Below are positions 36,891 to 50,042 of a DNA stretch of 64,000 nt, piece after piece; position 1 is the first letter of the stretch, and each line of letters opens with the position of its first letter. The position numbers and the translations under genes were made by a program. Under the pieces are notes generated by a model. The model did not search any database. It was given only the letters and a program-made list of their open reading frames with translations, and was not told the DNA's origin. Location of the stretch: the NCBI GenBank assembly GCA_002269645.1, contig NIVC01002325.1:62001-126000 (forward strand). Direction: 5' to 3'. The stretch is from Macrostomum lignano. Its lineage: Eukaryota.

Positions 36891-38066
36891 ATTGATAAGA
36901 TCATAGCATCAAACATCATAAAAATGAGTAAAATTTCCGAATGTGAGTTTCATGCGCAAAGCAATGTTTAGTGTCGAATATCTCAGTATCACTGTATCAG
37001 AGCCGTATTTTGCGGTGACTGAGGTGTTATTTAAAGCTAAGACATGCGAATATAGACATGACTAGAATTTGACGAGATTCTGATGAAAAACAAGGACACA
37101 GCAGCTCAACAAATATTGATAAAAAATAAGTAAAATTTCCGAATGTGAGTTTGCGCTAAGCCATTGTTTAGTGTCGAAAATTCCGGATTCGGAGCCGTTT
37201 TTTTGCGGTGGCTGAGGTGTCATTTAAAAGCTGAGACATGCGTAAAAAGTTAATCGAGGCATTTTTTAATCCAGCATCTGCTTTTAGGCTGCTGCTACGG
37301 TTGAAAAAACTTTAAGTCAACGGTAAAGCGATGTCTAATCAGAGTGTTACTAAGCAATTTTTGAATCAATGTATCTTCAAAAGATTTTTACTTCAGTACA
37401 TTGAATTAAAGCTCATTCGACGCCCAACAATTGCGTAAATATATGCTTAAAGATGGTTGAAGCAGGTCAATTTTGTTAAGTTACACACGATCGTTTTGAA
37501 TGTACTGTCTGAATACATAAAACTATTGGGAAACCGAAACCGCGGCGGGGCCCTCACATACTTATGCATGAATATTTCTTTCTAGGCCTACTCTTGAATT
37601 TTTATTAAACATTGACATATACTGGCCAAACAGGCTTCCTGCCTGAGCCAAACTAACTACTAGTCTACTACTACTTCTTCATTCTTACGTCTAAAGTTTT
37701 TAATGGACCTCCGACTGACCGACCTATGCTGAACTCTTTGTGCTGAGGTCATGCTAGAAATTATTTAATCTAATGTCAATGAATAGGCCTATATTGTATG
37801 TGCTGTTCTGTCTCAGACTGTCTGATGTATAGGATAGGTCGTAGGTCACTAGGCCTAGTGTAGGTGGGCTTTGTAGCCTTTGATAGAATTAGCTACCTGT
37901 CCTAGGCCTATAGTATGTCATGGCGATAGAACTATTTCTATTTATTTATATTGATAGGCCCCTAGGCATTGAAGCCAGTCAATTTTTTGAGTTTGAGTTT
38001 GTCCTTTTGCTCTTTTCTGCTATGGCCTATTTATATTTTTAAATCTAAAGAAGCATAGCCAATTCT

Positions 38067-38641
38067 CCATAGTCCTGATCATGGCAGGGTGTATGCCAAA
38101 CTAAAACTTGATGGATCCACAGTTTGTACGCCAATGTACGCCAAATTTTTTCTTCCTTCCCTAACTGTACGCCACTTTTACAGGTACAAATTTCCTACTT
38201 CAAAACTATTCAATGAAAAATTAACGAAACGAAAAATATAAGTTAACGAAAAATGGAGCATATCGCAATTTAAATACAGTTACACCTATGTTATATATAT
38301 CCCTGTTATACTGCAAGCAAGTAAAATATATATTATGCCTCTAGCAGCAGGTTTATTAGAATATTAAAATTATTCAATAGAACAATAGATGGGAATATAT
38401 TTTGTTAAAGTAAATGTATTTCTAACAAAAATTCCATTTTTTAAATTATAGTGCAAATTCCTAAAAAAACGATGTTTATGTACATTACATTGCAAGTTGC
38501 AACAGCAACAGCGTGTATGCCACTCACGCCAATAGGTAGAGCCCAATTTTTTGGTTGTACGCTAATGTACGCCAATAGGGTTAGCAAGGGGTGACTGTAC
38601 GCCAAATTAATTTGGCGTATAGGCCATGATCCAGACTATGG
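38067..38641. mobile_element. 575-bp non-autonomous DNA transposon (MITE)
   Basis: 19-bp TIRs CCATAGTC(CT/TG)GATCATGGC and perfect 8-bp TSD CCAATTCT at 38059-38066 and 38642-38649. Confidence 0.8.
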
Positions 38642-38687
38642 CCAATTCTGTATGGCCTAATCTTATTAAATGGTCATAACATATTTT

Positions 38688-38797
38688 GGCTATCCTGTAG
38701 TTTCGCACGTTTAATTCCAACCCCCACCCCCACCACCCTTGAATAGAGGGCGAAATAATTCCGGAAATAATTAAACGTGCGAAACTACAGGATAGCC
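38688..38797. mobile_element. 110-bp MITE with perfect 29-bp TIRs
   Basis: TIR GGCTATCCTGTAGTTTCGCACGTTTAATT; 8-bp TSD CATATTTT at 38680-38687 and 38798-38805. Confidence 0.85.
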
Positions 38798-39360
38798 CAT
38801 ATTTTTTACTGTCAATTCAATAACTTTGAGGTACTAATGTATTAAAAATATAATAGATTATATAGTCACTAATGTTTTTATCTGATTATTCAAGTACTAT
38901 AATTTTATCTATAGTTTGTTTCAACCTTCCAAAGCTTTCTATTTGTTTTTAAAAGTACACAAACTTAATGATGTCTTTTGCTTAGAAAAATGTCTGAATT
39001 TTTACAAAAATGACTTTTTGCCAATTGATAACATACTAATTTAACATTTTCCCATTCATTTATTCTTAGATTGTATATTACAAATTTAAAAAATTTGCCA
39101 TTGGCAAAAAATGGCTAATAAGGCAATGAATGGCAAGCAAAAATATTGACTTTTTTCTATTTTCTAAATATATCTATCTTATCTAGAATGAGCCTATGCT
39201 AGGGCCTAGCTTGTTTTTAAGGCAATGCTTATTTAACCAGCATTAATATTTTTCAAACAAGCTTGATATTATTTAGCTAAGGCCTAGTAGTCTAACCCTA
39301 TTATTAGTCAAACATTTTTTGGACTAAAAATGTTTTTACTAGGGGGCCTGCCTATGTCAT

Positions 39361-39834
39361 CCACAGTCTGGATCATGCTAAGTGCATGCCCAAATAAAAA
39401 TTGAATAATTTCAAATGCATACCAAAAAAATTGAGTGCACATCTACACTCTCAAATCTAGGCCAATATAGTATTATGACAATTAATACCTTTTTTGTATG
39501 CAACAATGAATGACCTTTCTGTGTTGCATAAAGGACCCTTTTTGGCTCATAATTTCATCAATTTTTTTTTCATTTATGCTTATACTAATTTCAATGTAAA
39601 ATGCTATAGTTTGAATGATTTAAAACCAGAAAGCTTAAAATTTATACTTAAAAATGAATTTTTCATTGTTCTTTTAACTTAACTTAATACTAACTCCCAT
39701 GTGATTTTAGAAAGTGCATGCCAGGTATGCATATATACTACTTTCTTAAGAGTAATGTATGCCAATTGTGTACATCTAACTTTTGGCATGCTAGGCCAAT
39801 TTTTGGATATATATTACATGATCCAGAATGTAGG
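39361..39834. mobile_element. Degenerate relative of the 38067 MITE
   Basis: CCACAGTCTGGATCATG at 39361 and inverted CATGATCCAGAATGTAGG at ~39817; no TSD found. Confidence 0.4.
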
Positions 39835-40199
39835 GTATATATACCCAAAGTTAAATGCTTTTTTGTATTTGCATAATATATTTTAAGGCACATCATATAA
39901 CCTATACATATGTATCATATGCAGCATATATATCAGAATATACATTGATATATACTGAAAAAAATAAGTATCTCTATTGTATACTAGAAAATCTTAGCGT
40001 ATGTCACTTTCTAAACTATGGCATGCTACAAGTATACATACCAGTATAACATAAGTCATTATTATTTTAATGAACATAAAATATAGCAAAAATATATATT
40101 CATTATTCCATTTAAATTGTAAAAATATATTAAGTAAAAAGTAAACAAAGAATTAAAAATGGAGATTGATAAAGGTCATCTTAATATTATAAAAGCTAT

Positions 40200-40600
40200 A
40201 ATATTATAAAAGCTATAAAAGGGGCTATCCCAATTTACTAGTAAAAAGTGCCTTTGTGACCTCTGCTTGCTAGAATGGGCCTAGATTCAAGCCATAAGAG
40301 CAATAATAAGCTCTAGGGCATGGGGACCAAAGGTACCTAGAGTCTATACTGACCAGTTGGGAGCTGTGGTAGTTGCCTAGGTTAGTAATCAGTATACTTG
40401 GCTGATTTGTAAGCCTTGGCTAAAATAGCAGCTACACGGGAAGTGATAGCAGGGATATGCAGATGACTTGAGGTGTAGGTGTGCATGATTGTTGCATCCC
40501 AAGCTAATAGCAGCCTGTGTTCTACACTTAAGATCATGTCATTTATGCTAGAAATTTCTGGTAAACACTTGTGACAGCTGGTGTACATTTGGTACACCAT
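40200..40600 (-). mobile_element. Degraded C-terminal (restriction-like endonuclease region) remnant of a CRE-type non-LTR retrotransposon
   Basis: AWDATIMHTYTSSH...KSAKY, then TLGTFGPHALELI...R..HFL in shifted frames. Confidence 0.55.
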
Positions 40601-40789
40601 TTTTTTTAATCTTGTGGCACATATACTTGAATTTTGTTAGATTTAATTATGAAGTAACAATACATGCTATTCACCTATTCACTGCTTATATTGTCTGATG
40701 TTTCATTTGCTTAGAGTCAATTTTTAGTGCCATCATTTCATTTAAGTTACACTATCTTACCAACAGGCTCTCATTTCCTATAAATCTCT

Positions 40790-41885
40790 GCTACCCAGTA
40801 GTCTCAGTGCTGTTCTGTGAGCCCCAGTAGTCTCAGTGCTGTCCTGTGAGCCCCAGTAGTCTCAGTGCTGTCCTGTGAGCCCCAGTAGTCTCAGTGCTGT
40901 CCTGTGAGCCCCAGTAGTCTCAGTGCTGTCCTGTGAGCCCCAGTAGTCTCAGTGCTGTCCTGTGAGCCCCAGTAGTCTCAGTGCTGTCCTGTGAGCCCCA
41001 GTAGTCTCAGTGCTGTCCTGTGGGCCCCAGTAGTCTCAGTGCTGTCCTGTGGGCCCCAGTAGTCTCAGTGCTGTCCTGTGAGCCCCAGTAGTCTCAGTGC
41101 TGTCCTGTGAGCCCCAGTAGTCTCAGTGCTGTCCTGTGAGCCCCAGTAGTCTCAGTGCTGTCCTGTGAGCCCCAGTAGTCTCAGTGCTGTCCTTTGAGCC
41201 CCAGTAGTCTCAGTGCTGTCCTGTGAGTCCCAGTAGTCTCAGTGCTGTCCTGTGAGCCCCAGTAGTCTCAGTGCTGTCCTGTGAGCCCCAGTAGTCTCAG
41301 TGCTGTCCTGTGAGCCTTAGCAGTCTCAGTGCTATCCTGTGAGCCCCAGTAGTCTCAGTGCTGTCCTGTGAGCCCCAGTAGTCTCAGTGCTGTCCTGTGA
41401 GCCCCAGTAGTCTCAGTGCTGTCCTGTGGGCCCCAGTAGTCTCAGTGCTGTCCTGTGGGCCCCAGTAGTCTCAGTGCTGTCTTGTGGGCCCCAGCAGTCT
41501 CAGTGCTGTCCTGTGAGCTCCAGTAGTCTCAGTGCTGTCCTGTGGGCCCCAGTAGTCTCAGTGCTGTCCTGTGGGCCCCAGTAGTCTCAGTGCTGTCCTG
41601 TGGGCCCCAGTAGTCTCAGTGCTGTCCTGTGGGCCCCAGTAGTCTCAGTGCTGTCCTGTGAGCCCCAGTAGTCTCAGTGCTGTCCTGTGAGCCCCAGTAG
41701 TCTCAGTGCTGTCCTGTGGGCCCCAGTAGTCTCAGTGCTGTCCTGTGGGCCCCAGTAGTCTCAGTGCTGTCCTGTGAGCCCCAGTAGTCTCAGTGCTGTC
41801 CTGTGGGCCCCAGTAGTCTCAGTGCTGTCCTGTGAGCCCCAGTAGTCTCAGTGCTGTCCTGTGGGCCCCAGTAGTCTCAGTGCTG
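40790..41885. repeat. 29-bp tandem array, about 37 copies
   Basis: Unit GTCTCAGTGCTGTCCTGTG(A/G)GCCCCAGTA. Confidence 0.97.
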
Positions 41886-42024
41886 CACAAGTCCCACCCA
41901 AAGTCCTCAGATGCGCCATGCACTTCTGGCGGCCGTCTTGCTGACTGGGGATGGACGCATTCCCTTTTCCACTTCAGTTTTAGGGTTCGAAAAGATTGAA
42001 ATAGAAATGTGAATCTTGCTTTTG

Positions 42025-43017
42025 ATGCAGCAGCCACAGCAACAGCCTGGCCCCGGGGTGTCACCAGTGCCGCAGGTGGTGGCGCCACCCTCTGCCGCGG
42101 CCCCTGGCAGCTACGCGAGCCGCGTGCCGCCTTCGGTACTGCGGGCCCACCGCATCATGGGCTTCCTGCAGCTGCTGACTGGCGCTCTCGTCATCATCAT
42201 CAACATTGCGGGCCTGGCCGTCGGCTCTGGCGAGAAAATCATCACTCGGTACGGCCTGTCGACTCAGTTCAGCCTGGTCGGCGGCGGCGTCTGGTCCGGC
42301 CCGTTCTTCATCGCTGCCGGCATCTCCGGGCTCTCGGCAGGTCGTCCCGGTGGCGGCTGCACCCTGGGCTGCGTGGTCACCTGCCTGGTGTTCTCCATCA
42401 TCGCCTCGGTCTTGGCCTTCTCCGCCATGGTCACCGAGGCCATTGTGGCTGCTGAGAACCGCAGAATGTACGAGTACTCCAAGTCGTACTCAAGTAGCAG
42501 CTCTGAAGACGTCTTTCGGGCCGTGTACGGTACCGGCATCGCCTGTGTGCTGCTGTGCGCCTTCGAGTTCGTGCTGGCCATCGTGCACTCCGCTTTCGCC
42601 TGCCGCGCCTCCTGCTGCTGCGTGCCATCAGCTGTGAGCAACCAGCAGCAGCCGCACCAGCAGGTTTTCATGACCGGCCAGCGCGCCTACGTCACGGAGC
42701 ATGCAGGGCCCTACCCTGGCCAGGTCGTAGTCTACCCTGGCCAGCAGGTCATCTTTGCTCCTCAGTCAGGCCACCCACCGCCACCCGGGTATCCTGTCCA
42801 GCAGACCGGGTATCCGGGTCCGCAGGCTGGGTATCCGGGTCCGCAGGCCGGGTATACGGGTCAGCAGGCTGGGTATCCGGGTCAGCAGGCCGGGTATCCG
42901 GGTCCGCAGGCCGGGTATCCGGGTCCGCAGGCCGGGTATCCGGGTCCGCAGGCCGGCAGCAGCACAGCTCCGCCGCCCTATGAATCCAGCATTGAAGGTC
43001 ACGCGGTGAAATTTTGA
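42025..43017 (+). CDS. MS4A/CD20-like protein, intact, single exon, 8-heptad tail
   Basis: [53 protein letters not shown], (GYPGPQA)n, PPPY. Confidence 0.92.
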   Translation: MQQPQQQPGPGVSPVPQVVAPPSAAAPGSYASRVPPSVLRAHRIMGFLQLLTGALVIIINIAGLAVGSGEKIITRYGLSTQFSLVGGGVWSGPFFIAAGISGLSAGRPGGGCTLGCVVTCLVFSIIASVLAFSAMVTEAIVAAENRRMYEYSKSYSSSSSEDVFRAVYGTGIACVLLCAFEFVLAIVHSAFACRASCCCVPSAVSNQQQPHQQVFMTGQRAYVTEHAGPYPGQVVVYPGQQVIFAPQSGHPPPPGYPVQQTGYPGPQAGYPGPQAGYTGQQAGYPGQQAGYPGPQAGYPGPQAGYPGPQAGSSTAPPPYESSIEGHAVKF

Positions 43018-43639
43018 AACTGCTATCAAGGCGCGTACATTGGATCAGACGGTTGTTTAAAAGACACCTCCTACTTGAAAGCTGATCCGAATTCTAAGCC
43101 GTCAGCAAGATTCAGTGGGTCCAGACGCACTCTAATTGCCGAATATGGCGCGAACTTCTTGTTGCAATATTTTTCATTCTGTTTATTTCTGCAAGTTCTC
43201 TTTCTGCAGCCGCTGTGTACGACCTCCTATTGACAGCTGAAATCATGCTTTTCGTGTTGAACCAAATCAAGCGTGTCATCTCATGCGACTTCGGTCCTCA
43301 TTCACTTTAGTTGCGGAGATTGTGCTTTAATGGGCTTTTATGATCTGTCTCAGCTGAAGTTGACCGGCATGATGCGGGCTGCACGAATGCGCAATATTTT
43401 TTTTTAGCGTGCACAGCATCTTTCATACTACTATTAAAAACTATTTTTAAATAAAAAAATAAATTTCGATTCATACTACTATTAAAAACTACTTTTTAAA
43501 TAAAAAATGAAACTTCAAAACTTTTACCTACTCTCAAAGCATCCTGTAAAACTTTGTCGTCATTACCTTATTTGACTGGTTACCTTATTTAAATCTTCGT
43601 TTTAAATATCCCATATACTTAAAAATACTAAAGATCATC

Positions 43640-44165
43640 CTCTGCCCTCATCACACCAGCACCCTCTCAGCCTCATCACACCAGCACCCTCTCAGCCCCA
43701 TCACGCCAGCACCCTCTCAGCCCCATCACGCGAGCACCCTCTCAGCCCCATCACAACAGCACCCTCTCAGCCCCATCACGCCAGCACCCTCAGCCCCATC
43801 ACACCAGCACCCTCTCAGCCTCATCACACCAGCACCCTCTCAGCCCCATCACACCAGCACCCTCTCAGCCCCATCACGCCAGCACCCTCTCAGCCCCATC
43901 ACGCGAGCACCCTCTCAGCCCCATCACAACAGCACCCTCTCAGCCCCATCACGCCAGCACCCTCAGCCCCATCACACCAGCACCCTCTCAGCCTCATCAC
44001 ACCAGCACCCTCTCGTGCCCATCACACCAGCACCCTCTCAGCCCCATCACGCCAGCACCCTCTCAGCCCCATCACGCCAGCACCCTCTCAGCCCCATCAC
44101 GCCAGCACCCTCTCAGCCCCATCACGCGAGCACCCTCTCAGCCCCATCACAACAGCACACTCTCA
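43640..44165. repeat. 25-bp tandem array
   Basis: Unit CCCATCACACCAGCACCCTCTCAGC. Confidence 0.95.
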
Positions 44166-44211
44166 GCCCGCGAGATCAGGAAATGCTAGTATTTAACCAA
44201 TTCTTCGCTTC

Positions 44212-45213
44212 ATGCAGCAGCCACATCAGCTTCAACAGCCGGGCACGCGGGTGGCGACCCCCGGCAACTACCTGGACCGCGTGTCGGCTCGGGTGCTGCG
44301 CGGCCTCCGCATCATGGGCATCATTCAGGTGCTGGTCGGTATCTTCGCCATGGGCGTCAGCATCGCCGGTCTGGTCATCGGCACCGACAAGAAGATGGTG
44401 GACAAAGACAGCGGCGCCGAGAGCGAGCTGAGCCAGCTTGGCAGCGGCGTCAGGGCCGGCCCGTTCTTCATAGCCGCCGGCATCTCCGGCATCATCGCCT
44501 CCCGCCCAGGCTGCTGCTGCCCCCTGGGCTGCGTGGTCACCTGCCTCGTGCTGTCCATCCTCGCCGCCGTCTCCGCCTTCTCTGCCATCATCACGGAGGC
44601 GTTTGCGGTCGCGCAGAACCGCACCCTGTATGAGAATGCTGGCAGCGGCAGCGACTTCACCGCCTACCACGTCGTCTACAGCACCGGCATCGTGTGCGCG
44701 CTGCTCTGCGGCATCGAGCTGGCGGTGGCCAGCGTGCACTCCGCCTTCGCCTGCTGCGCCTCCTGCTGCTGTGTGCCATCGGCTGTGAGCAGCGAGACAC
44801 AGCAGCGGCAGCATCAGCAGCATGTGGTCACCAACCAGCCTGGAAGTTCCTCTGGCCCGCAGGCCGGGTATTCAGGTCCACAGGCCGGGTATCCGGGTCA
44901 ACAGGCTGGATATCCAGGTCCACAGACCGGTTATCAGGGTCCGCAGGCCGGGTATCCGGGTACTCAGACTGGGTATCCGGGTACTCAGACTGGATATCCG
45001 GGTCCGCAGACCGGGTATCCGGGTCCTCAGGCTGGGTATCCGGGTCCTCAGACTGGGTATCCGGGTCCTCAGGCTGGATATCCGGGTCCTCAGGCTGGAT
45101 ATCCGGGTCCTCAGGGCGGATATCCGGGTCCGCAGGGCAGCTCCACGGGCGGCCGGATCCCGGATGCGCCGCCATCGTACGAGGCCAGCATGGCAGACGC
45201 TGTTCGGAAGTGA
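44212..45213 (+). CDS. MS4A/CD20-like protein, 333 aa, intact, single exon, 13-heptad tail
   Basis: [40 protein letters not shown], (GYPGPQ[A/T/G])n, PPSY. Confidence 0.92.
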   Translation: MQQPHQLQQPGTRVATPGNYLDRVSARVLRGLRIMGIIQVLVGIFAMGVSIAGLVIGTDKKMVDKDSGAESELSQLGSGVRAGPFFIAAGISGIIASRPGCCCPLGCVVTCLVLSILAAVSAFSAIITEAFAVAQNRTLYENAGSGSDFTAYHVVYSTGIVCALLCGIELAVASVHSAFACCASCCCVPSAVSSETQQRQHQQHVVTNQPGSSSGPQAGYSGPQAGYPGQQAGYPGPQTGYQGPQAGYPGTQTGYPGTQTGYPGPQTGYPGPQAGYPGPQTGYPGPQAGYPGPQAGYPGPQGGYPGPQGSSTGGRIPDAPPSYEASMADAVRK

Positions 45214-45809
45214 AGCTCTGAAGCGCCATCCTGTTTTGGACTTGTAGCTGTGATGTGAAACTTTTTCTACACGTTGTTTTACCTATCGCCAGTTTTTCTG
45301 CTGCAGGTCGGGCATGCATCTTGTGGTCTTAGTGGCAGCATTTTTTGCCCAACTTGCACACAAAGATGTTTTGTGTTCCGGCTTTAGTCCATGCACAAAT
45401 TTGCCACCAAATTTTTACATATTTTTTTCTGCTCCTTCGATCCGATATGCCCGGAAACTGCGGACTTTTTTATTGCAAAAATTTATTAAATAATTATTGA
45501 ATCCCGACTTTACATTCGCTCTGCCCATGCACTTTTATTCCTCTTGCCTTTGGCAAGCCTATAATTAATCTGTATATTTATCAGACACTGTTTCAGCAGA
45601 GCTTCTCAGCCTTGTTTGAGCTTTGATTAGCAAACTATAACATTCGTCTGGCCTCGTAACTGAATGTGTAACCGCGAAATTGAAAATCTCAGGCTCTCTT
45701 AACTGTTTGTGATGACTCGCCAGCTTAAAAGTTCAATAACTCAGAAATATAGATTTTTCTATGGAAGATTCTAAACAGTTTGGTTCAGAGGACTTTTTTA
45801 TTCTGAACC

Positions 45810-46735
45810 TGCAATAGCCTACTATCAGTAGCCCAATAGCTAGCACAGCTGCAATAGCCTACTATCAGTAGCCCAATAGCTAGCACAGCTGAAATAGCCT
45901 ACTATCAGTAGCCCAATAGCTAGCACAGCTGCAATAGCATACTATCAGTAGCCCAATAGCTAGCACAGCTGCAATAGCATACTATCAGTAGCCCAATAGC
46001 TAGCACAGCTGCAATAGCATACTATCAGTAGCCCAATAGCTAGCACAGCTGCAATAGCCTACTATCAGTAGCCCAATAGCTAGCACAGCTGAAATAGCCT
46101 ACTATCAGTAGCCCAATAGCTAGCACAGCTGCAATAGCCTACTATCAGTAGCCCAATAGCTAGCACAGCTGCAATAGCATACTATCAGTAGCCCAATAGC
46201 TAGCACAGCTGCAATAGCATACTATCAGTAGCCCAATAGCTAGCACAGCTGCAATAGCATACTATCAGTAGCCCCAAAGCTAGCACAGCTGCAATAGCAT
46301 ACTATCAGTAGCCCCATAGCTAGCACAGCTGCAATAGCATACTATCAGTAGCCCAATAGCTAGCACAGCTGCAATAGCATACTATCAGTAGCCCAATAGC
46401 TAGCACAGCTGCAATAGCATACTATCAGTAGCCCCATAGCTAGCACAGCTGCAATAGCATACGCTCGTACTATCAGTAGCCCCATAGCTAGCACAGCTGC
46501 AATAGCATACTATCAGTAGCCCCATAGCTAGCACAGCTGCAATAGCATACTATCAGTAGCCCAATAGCTAGCACAGCTGCAATAGCATACTATCAGTAGC
46601 CCAATAGCTAGCACAGCTGCAATAGCATACTATCAGTAGCCCAATAGCTAGCACAGCTGCAATAGCATACTATCAGTAGCCCAATAGCTAGCACAGCTGC
46701 AATAGCATACTATCAGTAACCCTATAGCTAGCACG
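45810..46735. repeat. 40-bp tandem array
   Basis: Unit GCAATAGCATACTATCAGTAGCCCAATAGCTAGCACAGCT. Confidence 0.97.
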
Positions 46736-46811
46736 CATCCATATTTCATTCCACCTCGGTGAGCACCATTATCCATCTGTCAGCAATGTTCCGTCCGTCT
46801 GTCTTCTTCAG

Positions 46812-47176
46812 GAGCAGCCTGCGCCGCGGGTTGTGATGGTGGCGCCCTCAGACACGGAGGCGTCCGGCAACAATAGGAGCATCATCACATGGGCATCATC
46901 CAGTTGGTGACCGGCGCCCTCACCATCATCTTCAGCGAGGTGGGCCTGAGCATCGGCACCGTCAAGAAGATGAAGCTCAAATACGCCGGAGGCGAGTTCA
47001 GCCTGTCCGGCGGCGGAATCTGGGCCGGTCCGTTCTTCATCGGCGCCAGCATCTCCTGATTCATGGCTTCAAGGCAGGCCTGCCGCTGCACCCTGGGCTG
47101 CGTGGTCACCTGCCTGGGGCTGTCCATTGTTGCTGCCTGTCTGACCGCCTTCTCCACCATGGCCTCTGAGGGGTGA
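46812..47176 (+). pseudogene. MS4A-like pseudogene with TM1-TM3 only
   Basis: MGIIQLVTG...GIWAGPFFIGASIS, in-frame TGA at 47057 where paralogs have Gly, [10 protein letters not shown], truncated at TGA 47174; 5' frameshift. Confidence 0.85.
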
Positions 47177-47569
47177 CCGCCGCAACACTTGAATGCACAT
47201 TCAATCATTCATGAGCAAGATGAGGGAACAAAAAGCAGTGAAGCTGGAGCCCAGTGGAAACTATTCTGGTTTTATGTTTCTTCAAGTTTTTAAATAGATA
47301 TCGCTTTGTCACAGCAGCCGAACCAGTCTAAGTGCATTCAATTAAAAGTACTTTTGCTACTGTAAGTCAGTTTCTGCTACATTTTTGTTCATAACTTTTC
47401 TTTCCATTGTCTGAATTTTAAAACATGTTAAAATGTGTATGGAGAAGAGAGTTGAAGCTATAAAATTCATCAGAAGCTATAAGATCATCAAAACGAGTTT
47501 GCTGAAAAGTAATACTACTTTTGAGACAGCCCTCGTAGAAGGGTCAAAGCTACGAGATATGCAGTTTTG

Positions 47570-47868
47570 CTTTATTGCATAATTGGGTGCTGCTGTTGAC
47601 ATCAGCTGATGTTTTATTGCATAATTGGGTGCTGCTGTTTACATCAGCTGATGCTTTATTGCATAATTGGGTGCTGCTGTTGACATCAGCTGATGTTTTA
47701 TTGCATAATTGGGTGCTGCTGTTGACATCAGCTGATGTTTTATTGCATAATTGGGTGCTGCTGTTGACATCAGCTGATGTTTTATTGCATAATTGGGTGC
47801 TGCTGTTGACATCAGCTGATGTTTTATTGCATAATTGGGTGCTGCTGTTTACATCAGCTGATGTTTTA
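47570..47868. repeat. 42-bp tandem array
   Basis: Unit TTATTGCATAATTGGGTGCTGCTGTTGACATCAGCTGATGTT. Confidence 0.95.
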
Positions 47869-48268
47869 CATTACACCGTATTACATTACATTCAAAGTTT
47901 CTCCCACTCTTCCGAAAGGCCCTGTTCTCGCATTATTTATTCGCATTCATTTTGCTCAGCTGCTTTTTAGCTGCGCCCAATTTTAACTTCATTTGCTTTG
48001 CTTTCTGTTTATCAATTAATATATCCTGTTTTCAGCTGTTACTTCGCTGTTCTCAAGCATCGTGTTCTACTAGACTCATTTGACTCATGTATTATGCGGT
48101 TGAGATCAAGTGCAACAATGAGATATGAGGTTTGATATAGTGAGGTTGGGTGAGGTTATTTGGGATTTTTACTTTAGACTGAGTCACTGAGTCCAGAGAG
48201 CGGGAGGCGGCAGTGCAGATTCACTCAGCAGGTCAGCACCGCTAGTAGCGAGCCAACCCAGTCTATCC

Positions 48269-49143
48269 ATGCTCCGCCCCAACTCCCGCAGCAGCAGCCA
48301 CAGAGTCAGGCGGTGCCTCTCGTGACGCCGCAGGTGGTGACTGGGGCACCGGCTGCCCCGAGCGGCCCCACAAACTATGCCAGCCGACTGCCGCCCTGGG
48401 TGCTGCGGGGCCACCGCATCATGGGCTTACTGCAGCTGCTGACAGGCGCTCTGCTCTTAGTCATCGGCATTTTTGGCCTGGCCGACAGCTTCAGCATTGT
48501 GATGAAGGGGCGCGATGAGTACCTGTATTACCACTTTCGGGTTTCCTCCGCCGGCCTCTGGACTGGCCCGTTTGTCATGGCCGCTGGCATCTCCGGAATG
48601 TCGGCTGCCCGCAATGGCTGCGGCTGCGCCCTGGGCTGCGTGATCACCTGCCTGGTGCTCTCCATCATCGCCTCTGTTGCGGCTTTCTTCGCCATGGTCT
48701 CTAGCTCTGTCACTTCGGTCTTCAATCAGCACCTGATGGATCAGTACACCGCGACCAGCGGCTCCCGCGATGACGTCGATGTCGCCTTCCGCAAGGCCTA
48801 CGCCATCAGCGTCGTTTGCGCGCTTCTGTGCGCCTTCGACTTCGTGCTGGCCATCGTGCACTCCGCCTTCGCCTGCCGCGCTTCCTGCTGCTGCGTGCCG
48901 CCCGTTGCAAGCTCCCAGCAGCCGCAGCAGGTCATCTATTTGGCTCAGCCCGGATATCCGGGTCAGCAGGCCGGGTATCCGGGTCAGCAGGCCGGGTATC
49001 CGGGTCAGCAGGCCGGGTATCCGGGTCAGCAGGCCGGGTATCCGGGTCAGCAGGCCGGCTCAAGCGCCTATCAATTCGCGGATTGTCCTCCACCGTACGA
49101 ACAGAGCGCTGGTGAGGCTGAAAAGGTCCGGCCGACTCCATAA
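48269..49143 (+). CDS. MS4A/CD20-like protein with 5-heptad tail; start uncertain (ATG 48269 needs one extra base, or an upstream exon splices to CCGCAG)
   Basis: [53 protein letters not shown], (GYPGQQA)x5, PPPY. Confidence 0.88.
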
Positions 49144-49666
49144 TGCTTTGCCGGTATAGCGTCCTCGGGTTGACCGCAGACCTCACTTAATCGTCTGCAT
49201 GCTAAGAAATTTATTAATTTTTTTAACTTCGGAATAATTTTATGCGAGCTTGGCAACTGCTCCCTGTGTTGCCTCTGCTTCAGCCTTGATATTGGCGCCA
49301 TGCTTCTTCAAGGATGCACTTTTTAAACGGAGTCTCTGGCAGTTCTGCCTTGTCTACATCGAATCTTTTCCCCCAATATTTTTGTTTGTCTTTAGCTGTC
49401 ATTTCAAGTCGCCGCTTCCAATGTTCCCTGTTACTCCGCTTGTCAATAGTTGCATTGTTTTGCTATTCATATTTACTGGCTCTGCATGCCGAATTCAAAT
49501 TAAGCTGATGTTTACTCAATATATGCTGATCTGTTTTGCAGCTTTGAATGCCATTCACTCCGCATCCTTGGCTGTTTCAATCTATTTTTATACATCATCC
49601 ATGCTCTTTGGCTTGTCTGCATCTCGCTTTCTTAGCTTTCTGCTCCCATTGAAAGCGAAAAGACAG

Positions 49667-50042
49667 GAGTCGCTAGAGTCCTTGCCAACAGCTGTGCCAC
49701 AGAGAGACGACTTTTACTCGTAGTCACGAGTGATGCAGTCTTAGAATCATAAAGAGAGTTGCGAAAAAGTCGTCCAAGAGTCGTTTTGTTATTACTAAAC
49801 TCTCTAATGACCTTAGTAGACTAAATAGAGTTGTTAAAATGTGAAATGTGATTGCAATTCATAAAGTGACGGCTCTCAAGTACGGCTCAGATACGACTCT
49901 ACGGGCCAAGAGTCATTATAGAAGCGCCAGAGTCACTTGGGTCACCCCAGAGTCGCAGACAATAAAAAAGCTTCGAATTGACTCTTAGGCGACTTTTTAG
50001 CGTCGTGTGGAGTCAATTCTTCCCTATCTTACCTGTGCAAGA
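49667..50042 (+). repeat. Dispersed GAGTC/GACTC-rich repeat, copy 2
   Basis: Colinear with 6465-6935. Confidence 0.75.

Noticed and set aside
42025-45213. Assignment of the four-TM genes to tetraspanins or claudins
   Set aside because: No CCG large loop or W-GLW-C-C signature; the G..Q...G and W.G.F.I..G motifs fit MS4A/CD20
47057-47059. In-frame TGA as possible selenocysteine or readthrough
   Set aside because: It replaces a conserved Gly (GGA to TGA); the locus is also frameshifted and truncated, so a pseudogene is simpler
47570-47868. TTTATTGCAT resembling the 3' end of a flatworm spliced leader
   Set aside because: No terminal ATG/GT donor, Sm site or rest of the leader; part of a 42-bp satellite
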